A stretch of 63,279 nucleotides of DNA, the filler included, from Octopus bimaculoides (lineage: Eukaryota): assembly GCF_001194135.2 (NCBI RefSeq). It is 5 parts of 5 records of this genome, joined end to end, with 100 filler letters (N's around TTAATTAATTAA, not from the genome) between each part and the next. Parts side by side here need not be neighbours in the genome. Positions count along the whole stretch, not along the records: positions 23,117 to 42,522 come from NC_068981.1; 4 more parts are not named here. The stretch is one strand, 5' to 3'. Below the pieces are notes generated by a model that worked only from the letters and a program-made list of their open reading frames with translations, had not been told where the DNA came from and searched no databases. A program made the translations under genes and the position numbers. This document shows, piece after piece, positions 25,684 through 38,239 of this stretch; the stretch's first letter is position 1; every line of letters starts with the position of its first letter.

Positions 25684-26540
25684 CATATACATACATACAT
25701 ATATATAAACACACACGCACATATATATATAAACACAGACATACATATAGATTATATAAACACACATACATATATAAACGTATATTTATATGTATGCATA
25801 TATATATATATAAACACATACACACACACACACACACACACNNNNNNNNNNNNNNNNNNNNNNNNNNNNNNNNNCACATGTGTATGTATGTATGTGAATA
25901 TATATGTGTGTGTGTGTGTGTGTATGGGTTCATGTACACATGTAAGCATATGAGTGTATGTGCATGCATATGCATGCCATATGCATGTTTGGGGGTGGAG
26001 GGCAGTCAAACAGTGTGTTTGCTGCAGATATATCATAAAAGCGAGTAAGAATGCATCATAAAATGACATGAAAAGGGTGTGGAGGTAACTGGGTTGTCTG
26101 GGAGTCACGTCGCCTGCCATTATCTGTAGTCATCTACTGTCTGTCTGTCCGTTTCTTTACTGCTGCTACTGATACTGCTGCTTACATTCCGCAAACTGTC
26201 CAGTCCGCTAACCAATGCCAGCTAACCGGTCAACGGTGAAGGAAAGACAAACAGACAGGAACGATCATTCGGTGTGCTGCATCGCAGGAGCGGAAGAACC
26301 GATGCAGATCTAGACGCGAGGAGTGCATCAGCGGCGGTATGCTGGTATGCTGCTGCTCGATGTTGCGATGTGACGATGCAGTGAAAGACGGATCAGACGA
26401 GAACAAACATGGTGGCACTGATAATATCAACCAACAACAACAACACCAACAACAAATACAGTATCGACAACAATAATATGTGAAACGGGAAATTTGGTTA
26501 CAGGAACCACAGTGATGATTATATAAATATAAAGTTTCCA

Positions 26541-27458
26541 TAGGCATAGGAGTGGCTGTGTGGTAAGTAGCTTACTTACTAACCACATGGTTCTGGGTTC
26601 AGTCCCACTGCGTGGCACCTTGGGCAAGTATCTTCTACCATAGCCTCGGGCTGACCAAATCCTTGTAAGTGAATTTGGTAGACAGAAACTGAAAGAAGTT
26701 ATATATGTGTTTATATATAGATATATATATATATATATAGTTACAGGAATGGCTGTGTGGTAAGTAGCTTGCTTACCAGCCACATGGCTCTGGCTTCAGA
26801 CCCACTGCGTGGCACCTTGGGCAAGTGTCTTCTATAGCCTTGGGCCGACCAAAGCCTTGTGAGTGGATTTGGTAGACGGAAACTGAAGGAAGTCCGTCAT
26901 GTATATGTATATGTATATATGTGTGTGTGTATGTGTGTGCATATGTTTGTGTGTGTGTTTGTCCCCCCAACATCACTTGACAACCGATGCTGTTGTGTTT
27001 ACGTCCCCGTAACTTAGCGGTTCAGCAAAAGAGATCGATAGAATAAATACAAGGCTTACAAAGAATATTTTATTTTATTAATGTAGGGGCAATAAAAGGC
27101 AAAGCTGACCTTATCAGGATTTGAACTCAGGACATTCAAAAGACTAAAAGAAATATCAATAATAATAGGCACAGCCATGGTTGTGTGGTAAGAAGCTTGC
27201 TTCCCAACCACAGGGTTCCTGGTTCAGTTCCACTGTGTGACACCTTGGGCAAGTGTCTTCTACTATAGCTTTGGACTGACCAGAGCCGTGTGAACAGATT
27301 TAATAGATGGAAACTGGAAGAAGCCTGTCATATATGTGCGTTTGTGTCTGTGTTCATCCTCCCATCACTGCTTGACAACCAGTGTTGCTGTGCTTACGTC
27401 CCCATAACTTAGCGGTTTGGCAAAAGAGACCAATAGAATAAGTACTAGGCTTAAAAAA
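26541..27458 (+). mobile_element. Three tandem family A SINEs (about 26541-26700, 26743-27065, 27166-27458) with a minus-strand family G fragment at about 27075-27140
   Basis: Three copies of the gtggctgtgtggtaag...ccttgggcaagt head. Confidence 0.9.
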
Positions 27459-27485
27459 AGACTGATGGAATAACAAAAGAGACCA

Positions 27486-27945
27486 AAGTGGTTAGTCAAA
27501 CCGCTAGAAATAACAGTCAAATCATCCTCAAATCGAACTTTAGAAAAGGACACATCTGATAATGTTGTTCTGAGTTCCATATGCAGTGGGGAGGAGACAA
27601 AAAAAACAAATAAGACAGGGTGGTCATGCGGCTGGAATGCCTTTGATGATAAATTTGTTTAATGAGAGCTTGAGCAAGTACAGGACTCATTTCATAAATT
27701 TTTGTCTTATTGACTCTGGAAAGATGGAGTCAAAATTTTGACCTAAGCAGAAGTGGTTAGTCAAACCACCAGAAATAACAGTCAAATCATCCTCAAATCG
27801 AACAGCATTGCTTTAGAAAGTACACATCAGACAATGCTGACCTGGGTTCCATATACAGTGGGAGGGGAGAAAAAATAAGACAGGGTGGTCATGGAGCTGG
27901 AATGCCTTTGATCAATTAATTTGCTTAATCAGGGTTTGAACAAAT
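27486..27945 (-). repeat. Direct duplication of a family H module (about 195 bp units, period about 265 bp) around a family G fragment
   Basis: aagtggttagtcaaacc...gaaataacagtcaaatcatcctcaaatcgaac and aagacagggtggtcatg...ctggaatgcctttgat each occur twice. Confidence 0.8.
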
Positions 27946-29679
27946 GCTAAACAACAAGAGAAACGATGACAAAAATTATCATACCATTGTAGCCAGACCC
28001 ACCCACACCCACACAACTCTCAGCTACAAAGTCCATGACCTACAAAACCCTGCTTTAGATTGCACCCACCTCATATATACCCTTAGCTGGTTGTTGCACC
28101 CACACACACCCTGATTGTAAAAAGCAAGTTCCTGAAATAGCAACGATATGGGGGGAGGACATGACTCACTTGCTTTGCAAGCCTTGGCTACCACCACCAC
28201 CACCACCACCACTACCACATATGCATATACAGCCATTTATTCTGATCTCCATCGCTCTTCATCTTGAAAGATCCCCTCCGGGAGGGAAAGCTGCACATGG
28301 CCAAATGGACTGGTTAATGTTTGGCTGTTGCCCGTTGTATGTACAATGAGTGCATCGATGCTGTCTTCAGGCATTTGATGGTGGTGGTGGTGGTGGTGGT
28401 GGTGGTAGTGACTGCCACAGTATTGGATGGTAATGGTGGTGGTGNNNNNNNNNNNNNNNNNNNNNNNNNNNNNNNNNNNNNNNNNNNNNNNNNNNNNNNN
28501 NNNNNNNNNNNNNNNNNNNNNNNNNNNNNNNNNNNNNNNNNNNNNNNNNNNNNNNNNNNNNNNNNNNNNNNNNNNNNNNNNNNNNNNNNNNNNNNNNNNN
28601 NNNNNNNNNNNNNNNNNNNNNNNNNNNNNNNNNNNNNNNNNNNNNNNNNNNNNNNNNNNNNNNNNNNNNNNNNNNNNNNNNNNNNNNNNNNNNNNNNNNN
28701 NNNNNNNNNNNNNNNNNNNNNNNNNNNNNNNNNNNNNNNNNNNNNNNNNNNNNNNNNNNNNNNNNNNNNNNNNNNNNNNNNNNNNNNNNNNNNNNNNNNN
28801 NNNNNNNNNNNNNNNNNNNNNNNNNNNNNNNNNNNNNNNNNNNNNNNNNNNNNNNNNNNNNNNNNNNNNNNNNNNNNNNNNNNNNNNNNNNNNNNNNNNN
28901 NNNNNNNNNNNNNNNNNNNNNNNNNNNNNNNNNNNNNNNNNNNNNNNNNNNNNNNNNNNNNNNNNNNNNNNNNNNNNNNNNNNNNNNNNNNNNNNNNNNN
29001 NNNNNNNNNNNNNNNNNNNNNNNNNNNNNNNNNNNNNNNNNNNNNNNNNNNNNNNNNNNNNNNNNNNNNNNNNNNNNNNNNNNNNNNNNGGGGGGGGGGT
29101 AGTACTGGTGATGATAGTGGTAGAGGAGGTGATGATAGTGATGATGGTGATGGAGGTGTTTGGTGATGGTGGTATCGTAGTGATGAAGTATATTATAATT
29201 CCTAATTAAGACATTTTTTAAAGAAAAATATGGCAATGAATTAAAGTATACGCTTGTCTGCATGTATGAGCATGCATGTGTGAGTATGTATACATGTGTG
29301 TATGCATGTGAGAGTGTTTATGTGTATGTGAATGTGTGTATAAGTGTGTCTGTTTTAATACATGTACACATATGTGGTGTCAATGTATGCATGTGTGTGT
29401 TTGTGTACATGTGTGCATGTATGTAAGTACATATGTGCATATGTGTGTTTGTGTCCCTCCATGTGTGCATGCATGTGTGTGTGTACATGTAATATTCCGA
29501 AATTTAAGAATTGAAGAAGAAAAATGTTATGTTCTAAGTTCAAATCTTGCCAAATTCAAATTTGCTGTTCATTTTTCCGGAGTAAATAATACACAGTACC
29601 AGTCATATACTGGCGTCAATCCGTATTGTGCATTCTGGCTGTAAAGAGATTATTATGAAATTAATAACAATTGTTTTTA

Positions 29680-30031
29680 CTGCTTCCCAACCACCTGGTT
29701 CAGGGTTCAGTCCCCCTGCTTGGCACCCTAGGCAAGTGTTTTCTACTATAGCCTCTGGCCAACCAAAGCCTTCAGAGTGGGTTTAACTGAAAGAAACTGG
29801 AAGAAGCCCATTGTGTATATATTCTTTTACTCTTTTACTTGTTTCAGTCATTTGACTGCAGCCATGCTGGAGCACCGCCTTTAGTCGAGCAAATCGACCC
29901 CCAGGACTTATTCTTTGTAAGCCTAGTACTTATTCTATCGGTCTCTTTAGCCAAACCGCTAAGTTACGGGGACGTAAACACACCAGCATCGGTTGTCAAG
30001 CGATGTTGGGGGGACACAGACACAAACATAT

Positions 30032-30062
<31 letters not shown>

Positions 30063-30096
30063 CATATATACGACGGGCTACTTTCAGTTTCCGTCT
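29680..30096. mobile_element. Family A head (+, 29680-29820) abutting an opposite-strand family A copy (-, 29823-30096) at its internal microsatellite
   Basis: Plus head ends gaagaagcccattgtgtatat, directly followed by the reverse-complement tail. Confidence 0.85.
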
Positions 30097-31149
30097 NNNN
30101 NNNNNNNNNNNNNNNNNNNNNNNNNNNNNNNNNNNNNNNNNNNNNNNNNNNNNNNNNNNNNNNNNNNNNNNNNNNNNNNNNNNNNNNNNNNNNNNNNNNN
30201 NNNNNNNNNNNNNNNNNNNNNNNNNNNNNNNNNNNNNNNNNNNNNNNNNNNNNNNNNNNNNNNNNNNNNNNNNNNNNNNNNNNNNNNNNNNNNNNNNNNN
30301 NNNNNNNNNNNNNNNNNNNNNNNNNNNNNNNNNNNNNNNNNNNNNNNNNNNNNNNNNNNNNNNNNNNNNNNNNNNNNNNNNNNNNNNNNNNNNNNNNNNN
30401 NNNNNNNNNNNNNNNNNNNNNNNNNNNNNNNNNNNNNNNNNNNNNNNNNNNNNNNNNNNNNNNNNNNNNNNNNNNNNNNNNNNNNNNNNNNNNNNNNNNN
30501 NNNNNNNNNNNNNNNNNNNNNNNNNNNNNNNNNNNNNNNNNNNNNNNNNNNNNNNNNNNNNNNNNNNNNNNNNNNNNNNNNNNNNNNNNNNNNNNTATAT
30601 ATATACAGGTTATGAGTGGTAGCGGTGTCAATGGGACAGAGTAAAGATAACACCAAATTAAGAATCTGAAATAATAATAACCAGCTACACTTTTGTCAAT
30701 CAATCACATTCGACAAAGCAATAAAGATATATTTTTTATTTTTCTGACTATTTCCATTCTTTTTTTTCTTTTTTTTTTTTGTGATAGCACAAAAGTCTTA
30801 CATTTCAAGGAGTTGAGAAATGTAATGTTGTTGCATTCATGCCTTTTCGAAAGATGTTTATTAACAGCCAAAGTGAAACCAAGTGAAATAAACTTCAAAG
30901 GAAAAGTGGAAAACTTGTGTTGTTCATTTGACTTTCTGGGAGTGTTCCAGACGCTTGTCTCCATCAAGAAACACAATAAACTAAAATAACTCACATATAA
31001 TCTATTGGTGAGGCAAAAAAAAGTCATGGTTTGGTTCCAGTTTAGAAATCTTCTTGTTTTTCTATTTCTGTTCCATTTGTTGTTAGTGTCGGTGTTGCAG
31101 TTAGTTTTTTTGTTGCAGCATTGTTTTCCTTGTAGTGGTGGTGGTGGTT

Positions 31150-31335
31150 ATGGATGTGGTAGTGTTAGTAGTAGTAGTAGTAGTAGTAGTAGTAGCAGCT
31201 GCAGCAGAAGTAGTAGTAGTAACAGCAGCAGAAGTAGTAGTAGTAGCAGCAGTAGTAGTAGTAGTAGCAGCAGTAGTAGTAGTAGCAGTAGTAGTAGTAG
31301 CAGCAGCAGTAGTAGTAGTAGTAGTAGTAGTAGTA
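31150..31335. repeat. (AGT/AGC)n tract running into a gap
   Basis: Direct reading. Confidence 0.95.
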
Positions 31336-32166
31336 NNNNNNNNNNNNNNNNNNNNNNNNNNNNNNNNNNNNNNNNNNNNNNNNNNNNNNNNNNNNNNNNN
31401 NNNNNNNNNNNNNNNNNNNNNNNNNNNNNNNNNNNNNNNNNNNNNNNNNNNNNNNNNNNNNNNNNNNNNNNNNNNNNNNNNNNNNNNNNNNNNNNNNNNN
31501 NNNNNNNNNNNNNNNNNNNNNNNNNNNNNNNNNNNNNNNNNNNNNNNNNNNNNNNNNNNNNNNNNNNNNNNNNNNNNNNNNNNNNNNNNNNNNNNNNNNN
31601 NNNNNNNNNNNNNNNNNNNNNNNNNNNNNNNNNNNNNNNNNNNNNNNNNNNNNNNNNNNNNNNNNNNNNNNNNNNNNNNNNNNNNNNNNNNNNNNNNNNN
31701 NNNNNNNNNNNNNNNNNNNNNNNNNNNNNNNNNNNNNNNNNNNNNNNNNNNNNNNNNNNNNNNNNNNNNNNNNNNNNNNNNNNNNNNNNNNNNNNNNNNN
31801 NNNNNNNNNNNNNNNNNNNNNNNNNNNNNNNNNNNNNNNNNNNNNNNNNNNNNNNNNNNNNNNNNNNNNNNNNNNNNNNNNNNNNNNNNNNNNNNNNNNN
31901 NNNNNNNNNNNNNNNNNNNNNNNNNNNNNNNNNNNNNNNNNNNNNNNNNNNNNNNNNNNNNNNNNNNNNNNNNNNNNNNNNNNNNNNNNNNNNNNNNNNN
32001 NNNNNNNNNNNNNNNNNNNNNNNNNNNNNNNNNNNNNNNNNNNNNNNNNNNNNNNNNNNNNNNNNNNNNNNNNNNNNNNNNNNNNNNNNNNNNNNNNNNN
32101 NNNNNNNNNNNNNNNNNNNNNNNNNNNNNNNNNNNNNNNNNNNNNNNNNNNNNNNNNNNNNNNNNN

Positions 32167-32197
<31 letters not shown>

Positions 32198-32657
32198 TGT
32201 GTACGTTACATTTTTTTTTTCGTCCATGCTAAATGTCAAATTGCTTTTGGGAAATCTGGCAATTTCCATATTCCTTGAAACAAGTCACAGATGAATGTTC
32301 TTCCTGCTAGATTCAACTTAATCCACAAAGCGAGAGTGGAATAAAGTCAGTGGTAACCATTTGTATTTTGGCTAACAAACACAATAGCTATGTCAACGAT
32401 TAGATTTAGATTTCTGCTTTAAATTTAACTTGTATTTACTCAGTAATCCACCACATTAACATCACAACTACTGGAGCTTCTTTTGTTTGTTTCTTTTCAT
32501 TTGTCCAAGGAGAGTAAGGCAGTGCCAATTTGCATCCCAAAAACGTTTTTGTTTCTGTTGTTTGTTTTTGTTTCAAAAGAAATCAATCGGAATAATTTCT
32601 TCAGAATTGTGAGCCTCATACATATATCATCAGCTCGATGAAACAAAATCATTAAAA

Positions 32658-32688
<31 letters not shown>

Positions 32689-32753
32689 GGGGTGGAGGCA
32701 GACAATACAAATAATGATAATAATAATAATAGGAGGAGGAGGATGACAATACA

Positions 32754-32788
<35 letters not shown>

Positions 32789-32796
32789 TAATAATA

Positions 32797-33103
32797 ACCA
32801 CTTCTTTATTGGCCACAAGGGCTAAACACAAAACAAATAGGGACAATACAAAACTGGGGATACATGGAATTATTAAACAATAAAATAACAATGACAATTA
32901 ATAATACAATTAAGCAATAAAATTCCCCAAAAGGCGAGGAGTTTCCTCACAAGGACAACTGAGGAAGCCTACACATCCTGGTTATCCTGACCACCAGGTG
33001 CACCTCAGCAGGCACCTCCCTCCTCCTTAACTCCTCCGGGTTTTCGCATGGAAGTTCAGAGTAGGCCCATTCACATGGGCCATCCTTGCCACATTCACCC
33101 ACC
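32797..33103 (-). mobile_element. 3' end of a LINE (probably Tx1/L1 clade) ending in an (ATT)n tract
   Basis: Minus-strand ORF end WVNVARMAHVNGPTLNFHAKTRRS*, then a 3' UTR ending ttagcccttgtggccaataaagaa. Clade call from remembered Tx1-type RWV.VA C-termini. Confidence 0.55.
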
Positions 33104-34264
33104 TTTCAGTGAAATTAATGGGTGGGGAGTAGAACTTCTATCTCCACTCTCTCTTTCCTTTTCAAGTGGAACTTGAAAAAGTCGACTTTGTTGATAATCC
33201 ATTAATTGTTTCAAGATTTAGTCTTTCAAAATTTCTTAAGAGAATTATCTATAGCGTTCGTATAAAAAAAGTGAAGAAAATGTTTGGCTGTTGATTATTT
33301 TAAATCTTAATTCTATTTTGCAAAACAAGTTTACTTTTGATTACAAATATAAAACCAGAATATACAGAAGAAAATTAAATGAAGAAAAGAAACTGATAAA
33401 GAAAGAAACAAACAAAACTTCTAACCATTATTTCTGATTATAAATTCCTTAAAGAATAAAACCAAAACCAAAATAACAAAACAAAAGCATTTCTTTACTT
33501 TAGTTTCTTCAGTCAAGACAAGACTAGTTTGTTGAGAAAGTCTGATTAACTGGATTATACATTTGATAAATACAATCATGTGGAGAATTGCTTAGTAGGC
33601 AATTACATATCCAAACACCATCAAACATTAAATCACTGATGAATGGTTTTGAGAAACCAGATTTCAGCTTTAGCTAATTCTTTCGTGTCACAATTTGCTC
33701 AGTTTTATAAAACCTGAATCGCAAAATGTTAAAGAATGTAAAACAAGTATTTAGTTTCTATGGAAACAACAAATCCCATCAATGAGTAGACATTCTAGAA
33801 CAAGGAATAGTTGCACAATCTACAAGATAAGGTATTAATTAAGTTGTGAAACAAAGAAAATGAATTTAAGTCTTCTTGTTAAACGAGATCTCACGAAACT
33901 CGTTTATCTGTAACAAATTGATGTCAAACTGTGATGAGGGACCAGGATTTATAGGGAAAGATTTATGTAATGGATTTATATTTAATTTTAAATAAAAACT
34001 GAAATTAGTATTTAAAATTAATGAGTGGTTTTTCAATCTATTTTGAGAATCAAGAACAAAGCCAATTTTTTTTCCTAATGATAATTCTAATCAATGAAAT
34101 CAATTAATCATAATTTTTATCTTTTCAGAGAAGAAAATGTGGTTGGATTATTATTAGAGTTTTGCACTAAATGATTTACAGTTGCATACATCAGCATTCA
34201 GCATTCCCAGTTTGGAACCAAGGTATTTCTCCCTTCCAGTACAAATAGTAAAAAAAATAATAAA

Positions 34265-34510
34265 TGCGCCCTTTTAAAGCCTAGCCAAGCTCATGGGCCC
34301 GGTTTCCCAGTTTCAATGGTGTATGCGTTCCCCAGTTGGACGGAATGCCAGTCCATCACAGCATTACTCATTTTTGCCAGCTGAGTGGACTGGAGCAATG
34401 TGAAATGAAGTGTTTTGCTCAAGAACACAACGCATCGCCCAGTCCAGGAATCAAAACTACAATCTTACGACCATGGTACTGACACCCTAACCACTAAGCC
34501 ACGCACCTCC
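34265..34510 (-). mobile_element. SINE (head1 + tail C)
   Basis: Tail aatgcgcccttttaaagcctagccaagctcatgggcccggtttccc; head ctaaccactaagccacgcacctcc. Confidence 0.85.
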
Positions 34511-34636
34511 ACAGTACAAATAGTAGCAAAAAGAAAATTATCATTTTCGAATTTCAGAGCCAGAAGTCAAAATCCAATTTCTACTCCACCCCACTCATTC
34601 CCATCTCGCTCTATTTAACTACCTGTGCTGGTGCTC

Positions 34637-34945
34637 TATCAGTTACAATGACAAGTGTTCCAGTTGATTTGATCAACAGCCATCTTGTGGAATTAAAATG
34701 CAAGTAGCTGAGCACTCCACAAACGTGTGTACCCTTAATATAGTTCTCAGAGAGATTCGGTGTGATACAGAATGCAAAAAGGCTGGCCCTTTGAATTACA
34801 GGTACAACTTATTTTTTACCAACTGAGTGGACCGGAATAACATGAAATAAAGTGTCTTGCTCAAGGACATAATGCATTGCCAGGAATCGAAACCACAACC
34901 TTATGATCATAAGCTGAATATGCTACATATCCTAACCACTTAGCC
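34637..34945 (-). mobile_element. SINE (head1 + tail B), diverged
   Basis: Collinear with 38990-39311. Confidence 0.8.
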
Positions 34946-35029
34946 AGCTGCATTCCAATACAGATGGATACAAGAAGAAAATTGTTATTTTTAAATCTCA
35001 AAAGGTCACCAAGCCAGAAATGATAGCAA

Positions 35030-35175
35030 AGGAGAATGGGCACCAACCAGCCTAAAGGTTGGAGTGGGCTGCATCTGCCTACCTTGGTTGCTATGGCATT
35101 GAGGTAGATCTGGCCACCCCTGTTAACAGGGACAAAACCCAGATTTAAAACACTGGATGATGATGATGATGACAA
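35030..35175 (+). mobile_element. Possible LINE 3' end with (GAT)n tail
   Basis: Short ORF end followed by acccctgttaacagggacaaaacccagatttaaaacactggatgatgatgat; only one copy seen. Confidence 0.35.
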
Positions 35176-35212
35176 CAAGCCAATGAGTACTCATCTAATA
35201 TTACTGTACAAC

Positions 35213-35425
35213 CGAGGCAGTGAGGTGGCCAAATCGACAGCACACTAGACAAAATGCTTCATTTCTCCAGGTTTTATGTTCTGAGTTCAAATATCACTGG
35301 GGTCAGCTTTGTCTTTCATTATTTCGTGGTTGATAAAATAGTAGTAATTGACCACTGGGAGTCAATATAATTGATTTACTTTTCCTCCATAGTTTCTTGC
35401 CTTGTGCCAAAATTTTAAACCATTA
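35213..35425 (+). mobile_element. SINE family G, diverged
   Basis: ttctgagttcaaatatcactggggtcagctttgtctttcat...ccttgtgccaaaatttt tail. Confidence 0.7.
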
Positions 35426-35444
35426 TTGTTGTTGCCATTGTTGA

Positions 35445-35480
<36 letters not shown>

Positions 35481-35518
35481 NNNNNNNNNNTATTATTATT
35501 ATTATTATTATTATTATT

Positions 35519-35656
35519 GCAAGGGCATCCAGCTGTAGAAACTCTGCTAAATCAGATTGGAGCCTGGTGTAGCCATCCGGTTCACCAGTCCTCAGTCAAA
35601 TCGTCCAACCCATGCTAGCATGGAAAGCGGACGTTAAATGATGATGATGATGATGA
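35519..35656 (+). mobile_element. SINE family E 3' half with (GAT)n tail
   Basis: Reverse complement of 40530-40670. Confidence 0.9.
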
Positions 35657-35744
35657 TATTATCATTTTAATTCAGGTTTTATTGGAACTCCTGAAGTCTT
35701 GCATGAGTAGCAGGCTTTCTACCTGCAGCTTACAATACCATGCT

Positions 35745-35754
35745 ATCTGTTGTA

Positions 35755-35788
<34 letters not shown>

Positions 35789-35810
35789 TCACAGCCTGGA
35801 ATCAAACTCG

Positions 35811-35870
<60 letters not shown>

Positions 35871-36060
35871 TAATTACATTGAAAAATATCTTAGGAATGA
35901 GAACCCAAGTTCGAAATTTCCCCAAGACACGTGATGAAGGCTGAAGGGTATATCAGCCGAAACGTTGTGTTAACAACGAAGAAGATGAGGACAAATATCC
36001 GTCAAATGTAAATAATGTAAATAATGTACATAATTCCTCATCTCTTAAATATAGAACTAT
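35745..36060 (+). mobile_element. Hammerhead-carrying repeat, copy 1 (inverted partial tRNA head + (AAT)n + ribozyme body)
   Basis: Body 35875-36030 aligns with 41776-41925; 35782-35812 is the reverse complement of the head segment 41291-41321. Confidence 0.8.
35926..35971 (+). ncRNA. Minimal type I hammerhead ribozyme motif (C3-to-G variant)
   Basis: gacac-GTGATGA-a-ggctg(aagggtatat)cagcc-GAAA-CGTT-gtgtt: helix I gacac/gtgtt, helix II ggctg/cagcc, palindromic ACGT helix III, GUU cleavage triplet. Confidence 0.7.
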
Positions 36061-36399
36061 ATCAATGTTTTATGTCCATAGATATCCATTCCACGCTTCT
36101 TTGGACATCATGTTACTCCTCAAGAAAAACAAATCTCAAAAATAAAAGAGTTAAATAAAGCGAGAGGGAAGGTAAACAACTGCCCAAAACAAAACAATGT
36201 GGGGTGGGGGAGCTAAGTTGTGTTAGCAGAGGAATCAAAAATCAATAGGAACCATTCATTGTTATTGATATTCTTCTTACTTTACAATAAGTATAGTTTT
36301 ATTGATTTATATATTTCGTATTCTTATACTGGTTTAAATTTTTTTAATACTTTTTTAAATAATATTTTTATATTTTCATCTATTTACTATTTTAATATT

Positions 36400-36558
36400 T
36401 TCTCTCCCCTCTCTTTCTCCCTCTTTCTCTCACTCTCTCTCTCTCCTATCACTCCCCCTCTTTCTCCCTGTTTTTCCCACTCTCTCCCTATCCTATCGCT
36501 CTCTCTCTCTCCAATCACTCTCTCTCTTCCCTCTCCTCTCCCCCTCTTTCTCCCTGTT

Positions 36559-36589
<31 letters not shown>

Positions 36590-36960
36590 CCTCTCCTATC
36601 ACTCTCTCTCCCTATCCTATCACTCTCTCTCTCCAATCACTCTTTCTCCCTGTCTCTCTCTTTCTCCCTGTCTCTCTCTTTCTCCCTGTCTCTCTCTCTC
36701 CCTTTCTCTCTCTCTCCCTATCCTATCACTCTCTCTCTTCCCTCTCCTCTCACCCTCTCTCCCCACTCGTTCCCCTCTTTCTCCCTGTTTTTCTCCCTCT
36801 CTCCCTGTCTCTCTCTCCCTATCCTATCACTCTCTCTCTCTTCCCTCTCCTCTCACCGTCTCTCCCCTCTTTCTCCCTGTTTCTCTCTTCCCTCTCCTCT
36901 CACCGTCTCTCCCCTCTTTCTCCTTGTTCCTCTCTCCTCTCTCCCTTCTCTCCTTTCTAC
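36400..36960. repeat. About 560-bp polypyrimidine/polypurine tract with higher-order units
   Basis: Almost only C/T on the plus strand; ccctatcctatcactctctct and ctctttctccctgt recur. Confidence 0.9.
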
Positions 36961-38239
36961 TGACCAACTTTTAAGCCAGCTCCTACCCACTCCATTCCAG
37001 CTGATAAGCCCCAAAATCCCCCCTCTCACCCACCCCAGAACTATTGACCAGCTCCTAAGTACAACACTCATGCCCTACACATACACACCACCACCAACAA
37101 CAACACCCCAATCACTACAAATCAGCTCTCACCCCCTCACCCATCCATCTCCCTGAACTATTGACCAGTTATCAAGCAATCCCCTGACCCCTATGACCCC
37201 TTACAATATACTAAGCAACTACCAGCCCCAGTCCATGGTACTATTTGGCCAGATTATAAGGCAGCCCNNNNNNNNNNNNNNNNNNNNNNNNNNNNNNNNN
37301 NNNNNNNNNNNNNNNNNNNNNNNNNNNNNNNNNNNNNNNNNNNNNNNNNNNNNNNNNNNNNNNNNNNNNNNNNNNNNNNNNNNNNNNNNNNNNNNNNNNN
37401 NNNNNNNNNNNNNNNNNNNNNNNNNNNNNNNNNNNNNNNNNNNNNNNNNNNNNNNNNNNNNNNNNNNNNNNNNNNNNNNNNNNNNNNNNNNNNNNNNNNN
37501 NNNNNNNNNNNNNNNNNNNNNNNNNNNNNNNNNNNNNNNNNNNNNNNNNNNNNNNNNNNNNNNNNNNNNNNNNNNNNNNNNNNNNNNNNNNNNNNNNNNN
37601 NNNNNNNNNNNNNNNNNNNNNNNNNNNNNNNNNNNNNNNNNNNNNNNNNNNNNNNNNNNNNNNNNNNNNNNNNNNNNNNNNNNNNNNNNNNNNNNNNNNN
37701 NNNNNNNNNNNNNNNNNNNNNNNNNNNNNNNNNNNNNNNNNNNNNNNNNNNNNNNNNNNNNNNNNNNNNNNNNNNNNNNNNNNNNNNNNNNNNNNNNNNN
37801 NNNNNNNNNNNNNNNNNNNNNNNNNNNNNNNNNNNNNNNNNNNNNNNNNNNNNNNNNNNNNNNNNNNNNNNNNNNNNNNNNNNNNNNNNNNNNNNNNNNN
37901 NNNNNNNNNNNNNNNNNNNNGGCATGGGTGGTGGATTTCTTGTCGAAAATCCAAGTGGAGTTGAGGAGAAACGAGGCAAAAACGATCTCAGATTTTCGTA
38001 ACTGCTAAAGATAGAAGGTGAGAGGGAAAAGAGAAAGAACGAGAAAGAAAAATATATAGAAAAAAATAGCAACGATATACCACAATCTCTACTCATCTCT
38101 GAACCCTTTCTCTCTCATCCTCTCTCTCTCTCTCTTTCTTTCTCCTCTCTATCTACTTATCTATCTATCTGTTTATCAATCTCTCTCACCTCCAAGCCTC
38201 CTGGATACGATGCCAGTTTACTATGTTAATCTGCCCATG

